Part shown: in pieces, positions 10,463 through 19,235 of the stretch | How positions within the stretch are numbered: the stretch's first letter is position 1 | Layout: each line of letters begins with the position of its first letter | From: an uncultured virus (IMG/VR IMGVR_UViG_3300024177_000002) | Lineage: Duplodnaviria > Heunggongvirae > Uroviricota > Caudoviricetes | IMG/VR virus record: IMGVR_UViG_3300024177_000002 | Length of the DNA: 64,000 bases | Strand: one strand, 5' to 3' | The notes under the pieces: generated by a model | What the model was told of the DNA's origin: nothing | What the model saw: only the letters and a program-made list of their open reading frames with translations | The model's database searches: none | Position numbers and translations under genes: made by a program

Positions 10463-11731
10463 TTACTTGTTGAACGCTTCTTCCAGACCGTCAAACGAAT
10501 CTTCCGTTTCGACTGGCTTAGTTTCTCCTGTTGATGATTTTTTGCCGGGGCCTGGTTTTGTCTCCTTGAATTCAGCGAGCTTTGCTTCCAGTTCAGCTAT
10601 TTTATCGCGCAGAAGACGGTTGCGGTAACGCTCTCTTGGCGCTGATTCAGCATTAAGCCGATTGCGTGTATTCAGGATAACGGCTTGCTCGAAAGTCTTC
10701 GGCTGTTCCGTCATCATCCGGCGACCTTCTTGCAGGATTTTGTTGCCTTCCGGGTCTTCCGGGTCTTCGTCATACCATTCAGGATTTTTCTCAATGAATC
10801 CTGCACGCGCCTTGTTCAGTCCTGCCTCGTAAGCCTCGCGTTGCTCTTTTTCCTGCTTCTGCTGCTCGATTTCGGCCTGAACTGCCTTTGCGCGTTCTGC
10901 CGTATCTTTTTCCTTCCATTGTGCCTTTTCTTCGACCTTGGCGGCTTCACGTTCTTGATCCAAGCGATACAAGGATTCGATATGGCCCATGACAATGCGG
11001 CCACCTTTTCCAAATTTCTCTGTGACTTTTTCCTCAGTTCCAACCGGGTCGGCGGCATATTCTTGGTAGAGCTTTGGGAAGTCAGTTTCCCATACAGCTT
11101 GGCGCTCTGCTTTCCATGCTGATTCTCCGGTTGCCTCATCGGTCGCGACCTTTCCAACGGCAAGCCTGGAAATGACTTTTCGAGCCAATTCTGCCTGACG
11201 CTCAAAAGGCTTATCCCACTTGGATTTGAACTCATCGGACATTTCCGCTTTGGCGGCACGGGCCTCGGCCTTGGCTTCATCGCGCTCTTTTTCGACTTGC
11301 GAGAGCTTTTCGGCCAGCGCGGTGGTGTCCTTGCCTTTGGCCTCGAATTCAGCAATGCGTGCCTCATATTTTGCCACAGCTTCATTCTTGGCCTCCAATT
11401 CGGCCTTGGTGCGTTCGTATTGCTCCCGAAGTTGCTTATTCTCGGATGGTGCAGGTTTGGCTCCAGGCTTAATCTCGGTGGTCGATTTTGCTTCCGGTTT
11501 GGCTTCAGGTTCTTTTTCGGGTTGCTTTGCTTCGGGTTTAACTTCAGGTTTTACCTCTGGTTTCTTGCCTGCAATCTGTTCATCCAGACCCTGCCACGGA
11601 TCATCGTCAGCAACGGTTTCAACTGGCGCTGCCTTGATTTCTGTTTTTGGAGATGGCGAAGGAGTTGGCTTCGGTGCTGGTGATGGCGTGGGCGTTGGCT
11701 TAACAGGTGGTTCTGCGATTGCGGCTGGCAT
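10463..11731 (-). CDS. capsid scaffolding protein (putative)
   Basis: Pro-rich N-terminus, E/K/A coiled coil, acidic C-terminal tail; lies between portal and capsid genes. Confidence 0.65.
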   Translation of the reverse strand: MPAAIAEPPVKPTPTPSPAPKPTPSPSPKTEIKAAPVETVADDDPWQGLDEQIAGKKPEVKPEVKPEAKQPEKEPEAKPEAKSTTEIKPGAKPAPSENKQLREQYERTKAELEAKNEAVAKYEARIAEFEAKGKDTTALAEKLSQVEKERDEAKAEARAAKAEMSDEFKSKWDKPFERQAELARKVISRLAVGKVATDEATGESAWKAERQAVWETDFPKLYQEYAADPVGTEEKVTEKFGKGGRIVMGHIESLYRLDQEREAAKVEEKAQWKEKDTAERAKAVQAEIEQQKQEKEQREAYEAGLNKARAGFIEKNPEWYDEDPEDPEGNKILQEGRRMMTEQPKTFEQAVILNTRNRLNAESAPRERYRNRLLRDKIAELEAKLAEFKETKPGPGKKSSTGETKPVETEDSFDGLEEAFNK

Positions 11732-11733
11732 AA

Positions 11734-12036
11734 TTACGATTTTGGTTTAGTTGCTGCGGTTTGAGTGTGAACGAATGCGGTTCGGACGGGAATACTTAGA
11801 TCGTGATGGAGGCCGGATGTCAGAGGTGGATTTGACGGTTCCGCAATAGGGGCAAGCGCGATCAAAGCCTCGCGGAATTTCTTAGCGCCAGCAAGCTCCT
11901 CGGTGGTTGGCGAATTGTCCAGCATGACAGCACGGGCATAGACAAGGCATTCCGCGAACCAGTTGGAGTGAATAACGGCGGCAAGTTGAGTTGAAAGCTC
12001 CTTGTTTTCCTGGAAAAGCTCTTGCGGCGTTGTCAT
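11734..12036 (-). CDS. hypothetical protein
   Basis: ORF from ATG 12036 (MTTPQELF), tightly packed with its neighbours. Confidence 0.6.
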   Translation of the reverse strand: MTTPQELFQENKELSTQLAAVIHSNWFAECLVYARAVMLDNSPTTEELAGAKKFREALIALAPIAEPSNPPLTSGLHHDLSIPVRTAFVHTQTAATKPKS

Positions 12037-12040
12037 AGGG

Positions 12041-12697
12041 TTATAGCTTAGGAAGTAACATAACGTCGTATGTGTCGATTGGCCAGTGAGGCTGAACAAC
12101 GTTCCACATGGTGGCTTTGAATTTTCCATCCATCGACCAAATATCGTATCCTAAATCAAAGATGAATTCAACGAATGTTTTTGGATCGTCTCCGACAGCG
12201 GCCAGATACTTCCCAAACTCACAAAGAATTGGAGGATGCCATTTGCGGAGAGTCTTTTCAGCGCCTAGCAGAACTTTGAACTCATATCCGTCAACGTCGA
12301 GTTTGAAAAGGCCGATTGGATCACCATCCAAGTACGAATCCAGCGTGATGGTCTGCATATCAAATGGTTTCGCGTCCTTCATCTCAGGTTTGATGTTTAA
12401 ACCACCCATGCCAACTTGCCCGATTGTCCACGCTTCAAGCACGGTTACGTCTCGCAAAACTTCAGCCTTGTCCGAAAGTCCAAGCATGTTCAGGTGTGCC
12501 TTCGGATTTTCGCCGTGAGCCACTTTCATTTCAGCAAACATGGCAGGCACAGGCTCGAATGCGTGAACTTCAAAGCCATGGCTTAAGAGGGTTTTGGTGT
12601 AGCCACCGTCGTTGGCACCAGCATCTACGGCGACTTTAACCATGACTTCCTGCATAGCCTTTTCATACAAATACCATGAATCAACGTGGAGATTCAT
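12041..12697 (-). CDS. FkbM-family SAM methyltransferase
   Basis: VDAGANDG, AFEP, KLDVDGYEFKVLLGA. Confidence 0.9.
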   Translation of the reverse strand: MNLHVDSWYLYEKAMQEVMVKVAVDAGANDGGYTKTLLSHGFEVHAFEPVPAMFAEMKVAHGENPKAHLNMLGLSDKAEVLRDVTVLEAWTIGQVGMGGLNIKPEMKDAKPFDMQTITLDSYLDGDPIGLFKLDVDGYEFKVLLGAEKTLRKWHPPILCEFGKYLAAVGDDPKTFVEFIFDLGYDIWSMDGKFKATMWNVVQPHWPIDTYDVMLLPKL

Positions 12698-12703
12698 TCT
12701 AAT

Positions 12704-13330
12704 TTAAGGAGCAATCACCGTATCAAATTGGCTCACAATTCTTGGCAAAACAGTGTAGCACTTGAGCAATGGCAGGGAATGGAACCCCATACTTAAATCA
12801 ACCGGGGCATATACTTTCCGCTGCGTTTGAAGCAGCATCGACAGGGCTTTCTTGGCTACAATATATGCGTGCGTGCAGGCTGGATATTTCAAATCCCAAA
12901 CTTCACCAGCGATTAACGTCTTAGGTTTCCCTTCGCAACAGCATGATCCAACGTAAAGCAGATCAAAATCCTTCGGAACGTCCTGTAATACTTTTACCAT
13001 GCGAGCGTGCCAATCTGTGGGAAATTCAGCATCGTCCTCCAGAATCAAATAATAATCATCATGGAGCAAAGACAGGGCTGCCCAAAGCATGTAATGAGAA
13101 AGAACATTGCCGACTGATTTTGCCTGCATGACATAGCCTGACCCTGGATTGTCAACGTCGTATGGATGCACAGTGCGTAAGCCAGCCTTCTCGGCATGAA
13201 TGCCGTTGAAAAAACTAAAATCAACCCCGCGTTCACGCAAATGCAGTCGCATTCTTTCGGTGCGCTCTGGAGTCTCCGGTAGATTCAGAACAAAAGCTCG
13301 CATTGGTATCATAAATGGGATTTGGTTCAC
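12704..13330 (-). CDS. glycosyltransferase family 25
   Basis: VLNL...ER, LSHYMLW, LILEDDA, THAYIV. Confidence 0.88.
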   Translation of the reverse strand: MNQIPFMIPMRAFVLNLPETPERTERMRLHLRERGVDFSFFNGIHAEKAGLRTVHPYDVDNPGSGYVMQAKSVGNVLSHYMLWAALSLLHDDYYLILEDDAEFPTDWHARMVKVLQDVPKDFDLLYVGSCCCEGKPKTLIAGEVWDLKYPACTHAYIVAKKALSMLLQTQRKVYAPVDLSMGFHSLPLLKCYTVLPRIVSQFDTVIAP

Positions 13331-13427
13331 GGCGAGCGTTCAAAAAACATCAATGTCTTACGACCATATGGACCTTTTGTTCCGTCTGTGCTGCGCAGGA
13401 TTTTTGTTTCTCCAAGGTGAGGTTGAT

Positions 13428-14039
13428 TCATGGTGAAATTACTGTATCAAATTGATCGACGGTTCTTGGAAGGAGCGCCAAGACTTTCATGCGAGGATAA
13501 GCTTCCCACACAGGCTGAATGTCAACCGGGGCAAAAATTCTCCGCATGGATAACATGATAGGCAATGCCTTCTTAGCGATCACATAGGCATGAAAGCAGG
13601 CTGGATATTTTACTTCCCAGATTTCGCCTTTGATATGCTTCTTTGGAGCATCTTTACAACAGCAAGAACCAAGAAATAACATGTCAAAATCTGAAGGAGC
13701 ATCGCGTAAGGCCGCATCAGTTCTTAAATGCCAATCTGGGTGAAACTTCGCGTCAATTTCCAGAATCATAAAGTGTTCATCTGGTTGCAAAGTGAGCGCC
13801 GACCATAAAGCCCAATGGCTCAGGAAAATTCCAGTTGGGTGATAACCGATTTTGAATCCGCTTCCCGGATTGTCCACTTCATAAAGGTGTTCAGTTTGGA
13901 GTCCAGCAACTTCAGCATTAATTCCATTAAAAAACGTCACCTGTACAGAACGCTCTTTGAAATGTGCCGTCGCCTTTGCGGTGCGCTCAGGGGTCTCTGG
14001 AAGGGTGATGCAAAAAGCGCGCATGAAGTTTAGGGCCAA
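13428..14039 (-). CDS. glycosyltransferase family 25 (paralogue; LEID in place of LEDD)
   Basis: Colinear with 12704-13330: LPETPERT, YEVDNPGSG, GSCCC, KYPAC.HAY, QFDTVI.P. Confidence 0.85.
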   Translation of the reverse strand: MALNFMRAFCITLPETPERTAKATAHFKERSVQVTFFNGINAEVAGLQTEHLYEVDNPGSGFKIGYHPTGIFLSHWALWSALTLQPDEHFMILEIDAKFHPDWHLRTDAALRDAPSDFDMLFLGSCCCKDAPKKHIKGEIWEVKYPACFHAYVIAKKALPIMLSMRRIFAPVDIQPVWEAYPRMKVLALLPRTVDQFDTVISP

Positions 14040-14278
14040 TCACGGTAAAGGACCTCGCCTTGAAAATTTTTATCCAAAACCTCGACCGCATTCACTCGAT
14101 CAAACCCGATGATCTGATTAGCCAATACCAATGGATTATACGGCTTGCTTACAATTTTCTTGATCTTCTCCATAATGTCGCGGTTGTCAGGTTGCGCATT
14201 TAGCGGTTCTTCTCGCCAGATGCGAATGGTGATATGCTCAAGGGCAATGCGGGTCATTGATTCGCGTAGAATGTTCAT
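14030..14278 (-). CDS. hypothetical protein
   Basis: 82-aa ORF overlapping both neighbours. Confidence 0.55.
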   Translation of the reverse strand: MNILRESMTRIALEHITIRIWREEPLNAQPDNRDIMEKIKKIVSKPYNPLVLANQIIGFDRVNAVEVLDKNFQGEVLYRDWP

Positions 14279-14883
14279 TTTGCTTTTTCGTAAACCGCAC
14301 CTGTGTCAATGCGGTCAATTTCTTTCCAGCCGTTATTTTGGAGCCATGCATCAGAACCATTTGCGCGAGCGCCGTCGGCCCAGTCTGCATCGTCGAGATG
14401 CAGGATGCCGCCAGGAATCACATTTGGGCAGAATCGCTTCACATCGCGCATGGCTGTTTTACCATGGTTGCCGTCCAGGCGTAAGAAACCTATTCCGGCA
14501 GCCGGAACAACTTCATCTGATTTCTTGCGAATCAAAGTCACGATTCTATCTAAGCCGTATTTGGTCACATTGGCCACGCACTTTTCATAAATGGATTCGT
14601 GATTGAGATTGGCCCACCAATTCTTATGAACCGGATCAACCTGGCCTTCGATTGATGCTCCTGACGACCACGGATCAATGCCGATCACATGGCCTTTTCT
14701 GATATAGGCGTGAGCCATACCCATACAGATAATTCCCTTACCGGCGAACACTCCAACCTCGATTGAAAGTTCCGGTTGTAACTTGATGATAGCCTCGGCG
14801 ATTTGATGACCCTGTTTGGGCGAAGTCCAGCCATCAGCTATTTCTTCCAAGGCAGTGTCAATGTCTTTGAAAAGCGGGATCAT
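14275..14883 (-). CDS. class I SAM methyltransferase (Methyltransf_24-like)
   Basis: IEVGVFAGKG, GIDPW, LRLDGNH, PGGILHLDD. Confidence 0.85.
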   Translation of the reverse strand: MIPLFKDIDTALEEIADGWTSPKQGHQIAEAIIKLQPELSIEVGVFAGKGIICMGMAHAYIRKGHVIGIDPWSSGASIEGQVDPVHKNWWANLNHESIYEKCVANVTKYGLDRIVTLIRKKSDEVVPAAGIGFLRLDGNHGKTAMRDVKRFCPNVIPGGILHLDDADWADGARANGSDAWLQNNGWKEIDRIDTGAVYEKAK

Positions 14884-17192
14884 AATTTTAGCGATTTTTC
14901 ATCAAGTTTAAGAATGGCTGATTCCGCATCATTTAGCCCGACAGAAAGCAGCCAGTTATCTCCCTGCCTTACGACACCACCTGGAAAAATTACTTGCGGC
15001 TTGTAATGCGTACAGGTTCCAAGTTCAGCTTGTGTCAGGTCGCAGGTTTCGCTGCCGCGTGCGATTGGTTCAGAACTCAATGCAATAGTTTCAAATGGCG
15101 GCTTCGGTTCCATGAGTGCGGCGCCAATATAATATCGTCTTCGATCAGGTGAAGCCTCATTATCAAGCGTGCTGTGAAAAAAGCGAAGCAGCTTTCCTTT
15201 GTGAAATCCAGCCATGACGCCGCCTTTGACTTCGCCCCATTTCCAGTGAGGAAATTCGGATTTGTATTCAGCGGTTCGCTTGTAGCCCTCCACATCAAGC
15301 ACAATTTGCTCAGGGATGCTTTGATAGATGCAGAACAAGCGGTTGTCGTTTTCCCAGAAGCACCAATTTTTTTCCATTGCGCTTCCGTCATTTTTTCCGA
15401 ACTGCACCTGCCATTGACCACTGATCGTCCAGCCGCGCTCGGTCTTTTCCAGCTTTCCGTATCGGACAATGCTGGTTGGTTTCGTTGGCCAGTTCGATTC
15501 GATATAAGAACACCAAATTTCGCCTTTATATTTGAAAAACTTCATGTCCTCGAAAGAGTTTGCGCCGGATAATGCAACTGGTTTTGTGACTTTGGCATTA
15601 AACCTGTCGTCCATTTCCGTTATCGCTAACGATGTTCCGGCATGGCCTAAAGAGTGCCATCGGTGGCTCAAAAGATACCCGTTTTGATACTCAACCAACG
15701 ACGGGTTGTATCCAAATGGCGAGATGGCACGCCGATTTATCTGGATGGTCGGAACCTGCTCGGAGACTTTTGGCACGATAGCTGTTGATACCCTATACGT
15801 GAACCATTGCTTGGCAATCTCATCGTTATGAGCACCACTCAGAGCGGTGGTTTTTGTTGGCTTTGTGGGCGCTCGATAAACGACAAAGTCAATTCGTTTT
15901 CCGCCATACAAGGCAATCCATTCACGCATGATCCGATGCCATGTCGCATCGGGTCCAAGTAGCAAATCAGGCAAATCCCTGTGATGCTCCAACCAGAATT
16001 TCTTCGTGAATGCGAAAAGGTCGGTTGCTGGATGGTAACTGAGCTTGCCATTTTCCAGAATTGATCGGTGGGCATAACATGGCGCATTGGCAAGGATTGT
16101 TTCGGTAAGTTCCACATGGAATCCTATGTCCGAGCGCGTCAGGCAAATGATGTCGCTCATCTCGGCCCGCATTGCGGCCATGCGTAAAATGTCTTTGATA
16201 TATGGAATTCGTTGAGAATCGCGCCCAAATGCTCCCGGCTCCGCTCGGCACATAATCCATCGCCCGCTATCGTAGGCTTTGTGCCATGAATCCAGAAAAG
16301 GAATTGGCGGCGAGTCGTAGCCGTTGAAGGCGTGAACGATTCTTGGCTGTGGCGCTGGTACAAAAAAATATGATCCGCATGTGTCGATGTTATCAATGGC
16401 GGTTAGCATCTCGCAAGCGCGACTCTGCCAGTCGGAATAGCGGCAATGGAAAATGTGATTCGGACGCCAGGCGGAGCCAGCCCAAAGCGTCGGCTTATCG
16501 TTGACGATGGCGCAGACAGGCAATTTTGGAATTGCTGGCGCAAGATGAAGTGCGGCGGTGTCAATCGAGATTAAGCACCGGGCGCGTTCGTAAAATGTTA
16601 GAAGATCGTAAAACCGCTCTGCCTTGATAACGCTGAGATTAACGATTTTGTAGAACTGGCGGTAACGAAGCCGCAACAATTCTTGAAGCAAATCACCAGC
16701 AGGAAATGGAGATGATACGCCATGTGTGGCAATTAGAATCAGCTTGCGCTTGTCACCGCCGAGAACTGACTTGCGCAATTCCGCCTCACGCCCTTTATCG
16801 CGCCTGTCGAAAACCAATGGAGGTTGATCTTTCCAAAGCGGAAAATGTCCAGCGAGTTTCCATGTTTCTTTAATGAAGCTGTCCGTCGTTGCGTGAGGCT
16901 TCCCGGCGGGCGTAAATGAATATTTCTTAATGTCCTCTGGCGGCCCAGCAACTTGAACACATTTCACATCGCCTGAAAGTTTGCTGGCTTCATCAAAGGC
17001 GCGGGAGAGTTCCTGAACGCCGCCGTCGAAAATCACTGGCTCGATGTAGGAAACGCCGTCGAGGACGGCTGCGCATTCTTTGGCCACCATTAGCATTGGC
17101 TTGGGGCCGTGTTGGGCTTCGTGGTGAAGGACTGGGAGAAAGGAAATCAAATCGCCTGTTCGACCAAGGAGCAAATAAAGACGGTTGCTCAT
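14880..17192 (-). CDS. multidomain glyco-enzyme: GT9/heptosyltransferase-like N-terminus, central GT-like region, C-terminal GH130/beta-mannosyltransferase-like five-bladed propeller
   Basis: LGRTGDLISFLP and ISIDTAALHLA (GT9-like); YNPSL, FEDMKFF, EKNW, VIFPGG..LSVGLND (propeller). Confidence 0.72.
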   Translation of the reverse strand: MSNRLYLLLGRTGDLISFLPVLHHEAQHGPKPMLMVAKECAAVLDGVSYIEPVIFDGGVQELSRAFDEASKLSGDVKCVQVAGPPEDIKKYSFTPAGKPHATTDSFIKETWKLAGHFPLWKDQPPLVFDRRDKGREAELRKSVLGGDKRKLILIATHGVSSPFPAGDLLQELLRLRYRQFYKIVNLSVIKAERFYDLLTFYERARCLISIDTAALHLAPAIPKLPVCAIVNDKPTLWAGSAWRPNHIFHCRYSDWQSRACEMLTAIDNIDTCGSYFFVPAPQPRIVHAFNGYDSPPIPFLDSWHKAYDSGRWIMCRAEPGAFGRDSQRIPYIKDILRMAAMRAEMSDIICLTRSDIGFHVELTETILANAPCYAHRSILENGKLSYHPATDLFAFTKKFWLEHHRDLPDLLLGPDATWHRIMREWIALYGGKRIDFVVYRAPTKPTKTTALSGAHNDEIAKQWFTYRVSTAIVPKVSEQVPTIQINRRAISPFGYNPSLVEYQNGYLLSHRWHSLGHAGTSLAITEMDDRFNAKVTKPVALSGANSFEDMKFFKYKGEIWCSYIESNWPTKPTSIVRYGKLEKTERGWTISGQWQVQFGKNDGSAMEKNWCFWENDNRLFCIYQSIPEQIVLDVEGYKRTAEYKSEFPHWKWGEVKGGVMAGFHKGKLLRFFHSTLDNEASPDRRRYYIGAALMEPKPPFETIALSSEPIARGSETCDLTQAELGTCTHYKPQVIFPGGVVRQGDNWLLSVGLNDAESAILKLDEKSLKL

Positions 17193-18126
17193 GCCTTCCA
17201 AATTTCAGGCTCACCATTGTCATTAACAATGATAAGGCCACTGGGATATTCGTCATTTCGGCTCAATAATGATCCCGTCTTGAAAATTCGGTATTGAGGA
17301 TTTGGATGCCATGGCGCAAATGTGACGGTCAAGCCGTTGGCTTTGCCGTAAGCGTCCATTTCGGCGTGAGTTGTGTTTGTGACAGACAGGCAGCCGCCTG
17401 ATGCAAGGATTGGGTTCATTTCACAGACAGGGGAAGCAGTGATAAAACTTTTCTTGCAAACTCGATTCGCATAACGAGTTCAGAATCTCGAATCGGATCA
17501 ATTGACTTTGGAGCATCGAATGCCGATAAGCTTGCCAGTCTTTCGAGAGCGCATTTCAGCCGTATTATTTCTGAAGCGCCTGTATCAAGCGCGCGCTGTT
17601 CCAGTTCTGATGTGAGGATTGGGTTCATTTAATGGGAGTTCCTAAATCTTCCAATTTGCAGGAGTCAATCTGAGCGCCGGGATATTTACGCTCAAACATT
17701 TCTACGACAGCTTTCAATTCTTTAAAATCCTGAATGCGGTCAGAATTAACTTCTTTGTGAACAAGGGCGTCACCGATAAAAAATTCGGCTGTGAATTTGT
17801 AGCGATAGTTCATTGCTTCATCCCGCTTAAAACTTAAAGTTGGTTTTCCGTATCTGGCCAGCTACCGATGCCGCTACAGCGCGTATTCCTTGATTAACAA
17901 CATCAGCCAGCGACTCATCGCTTGACTTAAGTTCCCAAGATGTCCGCTCATCGCCAACGCGAAGCTCAAGAATGATACCTGACATTTCAGAACCAGTATA
18001 AAGCGCAGCGATTTCAATTGATATATCTCGCTTGCGAAATAGCATCGGGCTAGTGTTCAAAGCTCGGAGAAGACTCAGCGATTCTTCGGCGAGTTCGCGG
18101 TCAGTCATTTTGCTGATTTGTGTGTT
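17189..18126 (-). CDS. run of four short hypothetical genes (17189-17419, 17416-17628, 17625-17813, ~17827-18129)
   Basis: Tandem ORFs with ATGA overlaps. Confidence 0.55.
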
Positions 18127-18797
18127 CATGAAAGTTTCTCCAATGCGGATTTTACGGCGGTGAAATCTTTGATCGACCATTGATTATGACAATGTTCGAG
18201 TCTGGATAATTTATCTTGGGTAATTCCGCTGGCCAATGCCAAAGCTGTTTGAGAAACATTAAGAGATTTTCGAGTCGCGATAATCCATTCGGAAGCTTTT
18301 ATGCTGTCAACAATATGGCAAGGATTTTGTTCGATGGCGGAGGGTGGAAGGTGGTTCCATGATTCACGTTTAAGTACATGGCCGATTCCTGTGTGGGTCA
18401 TGTTAAATTCAGAAGTTAATTCCATTTGGGTTTTTCGACCGCTAAAATATTCATCTCGAATATAAATCACCCGTTCAACATCAAGAACAGCGGCTCTTGC
18501 GCGTTCACCAATTGGCGGGTTGTGGCGATTCTTTGCCTGCATGTCGTGCATGTTGTCGGTCTGAGTTCCAAGGAAAAGACGATCTGGTTTAACACACAAA
18601 CCAACATCGCAACGATGAAGCACAAACAAGCCATTTGGAATTTCCCCGCGTTCCAACGTCCATGATACCCGATGAGCCGGTATCATTTTACGTCCAATTC
18701 TGAATGAACCGTATCGCGTTCCAGCGCCAGTCCATAACCAGCAATCGTCTCCGGTTTGAACATGACGCATAAATCTTTCCTTGGTTGTAAGATTCAC
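18126..18797 (-). CDS. HNH endonuclease with C-terminal HTH domains
   Basis: CWLWTG, AHRVSW, VLHRCD...CV.PDRLFLGTQTDN; XRE-like C-terminus. Confidence 0.85.
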   Translation of the reverse strand: MNLTTKERFMRHVQTGDDCWLWTGAGTRYGSFRIGRKMIPAHRVSWTLERGEIPNGLFVLHRCDVGLCVKPDRLFLGTQTDNMHDMQAKNRHNPPIGERARAAVLDVERVIYIRDEYFSGRKTQMELTSEFNMTHTGIGHVLKRESWNHLPPSAIEQNPCHIVDSIKASEWIIATRKSLNVSQTALALASGITQDKLSRLEHCHNQWSIKDFTAVKSALEKLS

Positions 18798-18970
18798 GAT
18801 GCATGCTCCATTCTTCGTTCAAGTTCTGCGCGGGCAAGTTTTCCCGGTGTTTGTTTTCCAATTTCCCATTTTCTATACGTGGATAGCGGAACTTTGAGTT
18901 TATCAGCGCCCTCTTTCTGTCTGAGCTTTCCACGCCACACCTTCAATCTATCTTTGAATAAGTCGGTCAC
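18794..18970 (-). CDS. XRE-family HTH regulator
   Basis: LRQKEGADKLKVPLSTYRKWEIGKQTP; GTG start at 18970 downstream of the promoter. Confidence 0.8.
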   Translation of the reverse strand: MTDLFKDRLKVWRGKLRQKEGADKLKVPLSTYRKWEIGKQTPGKLARAELERRMEHAS

Positions 18971-18980
18971 GTTCTTAAAC

Positions 18981-19009
18981 CAACTATCCGACTCGGATAC
19001 ATTTGTCAA
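18981..19009 (-). promoter_or_regulatory. promoter with palindromic operator in the spacer
   Basis: TTGACA-17 bp-TAGTTG; palindrome TATCCGA-C-TCGGATA at 18985-18999. Confidence 0.65.
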
Positions 19010-19235
19010 TAGAACTCTTTATCATATCGGCGTATAAGTTTTTTGGATTCAGACAGCAGGCCATCGAATCCTGGCCAACACGACTGATGCGGCTGTGTCA
19101 GTTCGTGAAAAAAGTTGAGTTGGCATCTTCAGCTAACTTGGGGGTCGCTCCCCGATAAAGCAGCCAAATCCATAAACGACGCCTGAATTGTTTTCAGGCA
19201 AACACTCAAACTTTACCCGAAAGGAAAAAAATACC

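Noticed and set aside
10685..11750. Several overlapping ORFs on the scaffold gene
   Set aside because: Alternative-frame and antisense shadows of low-complexity coiled-coil sequence.
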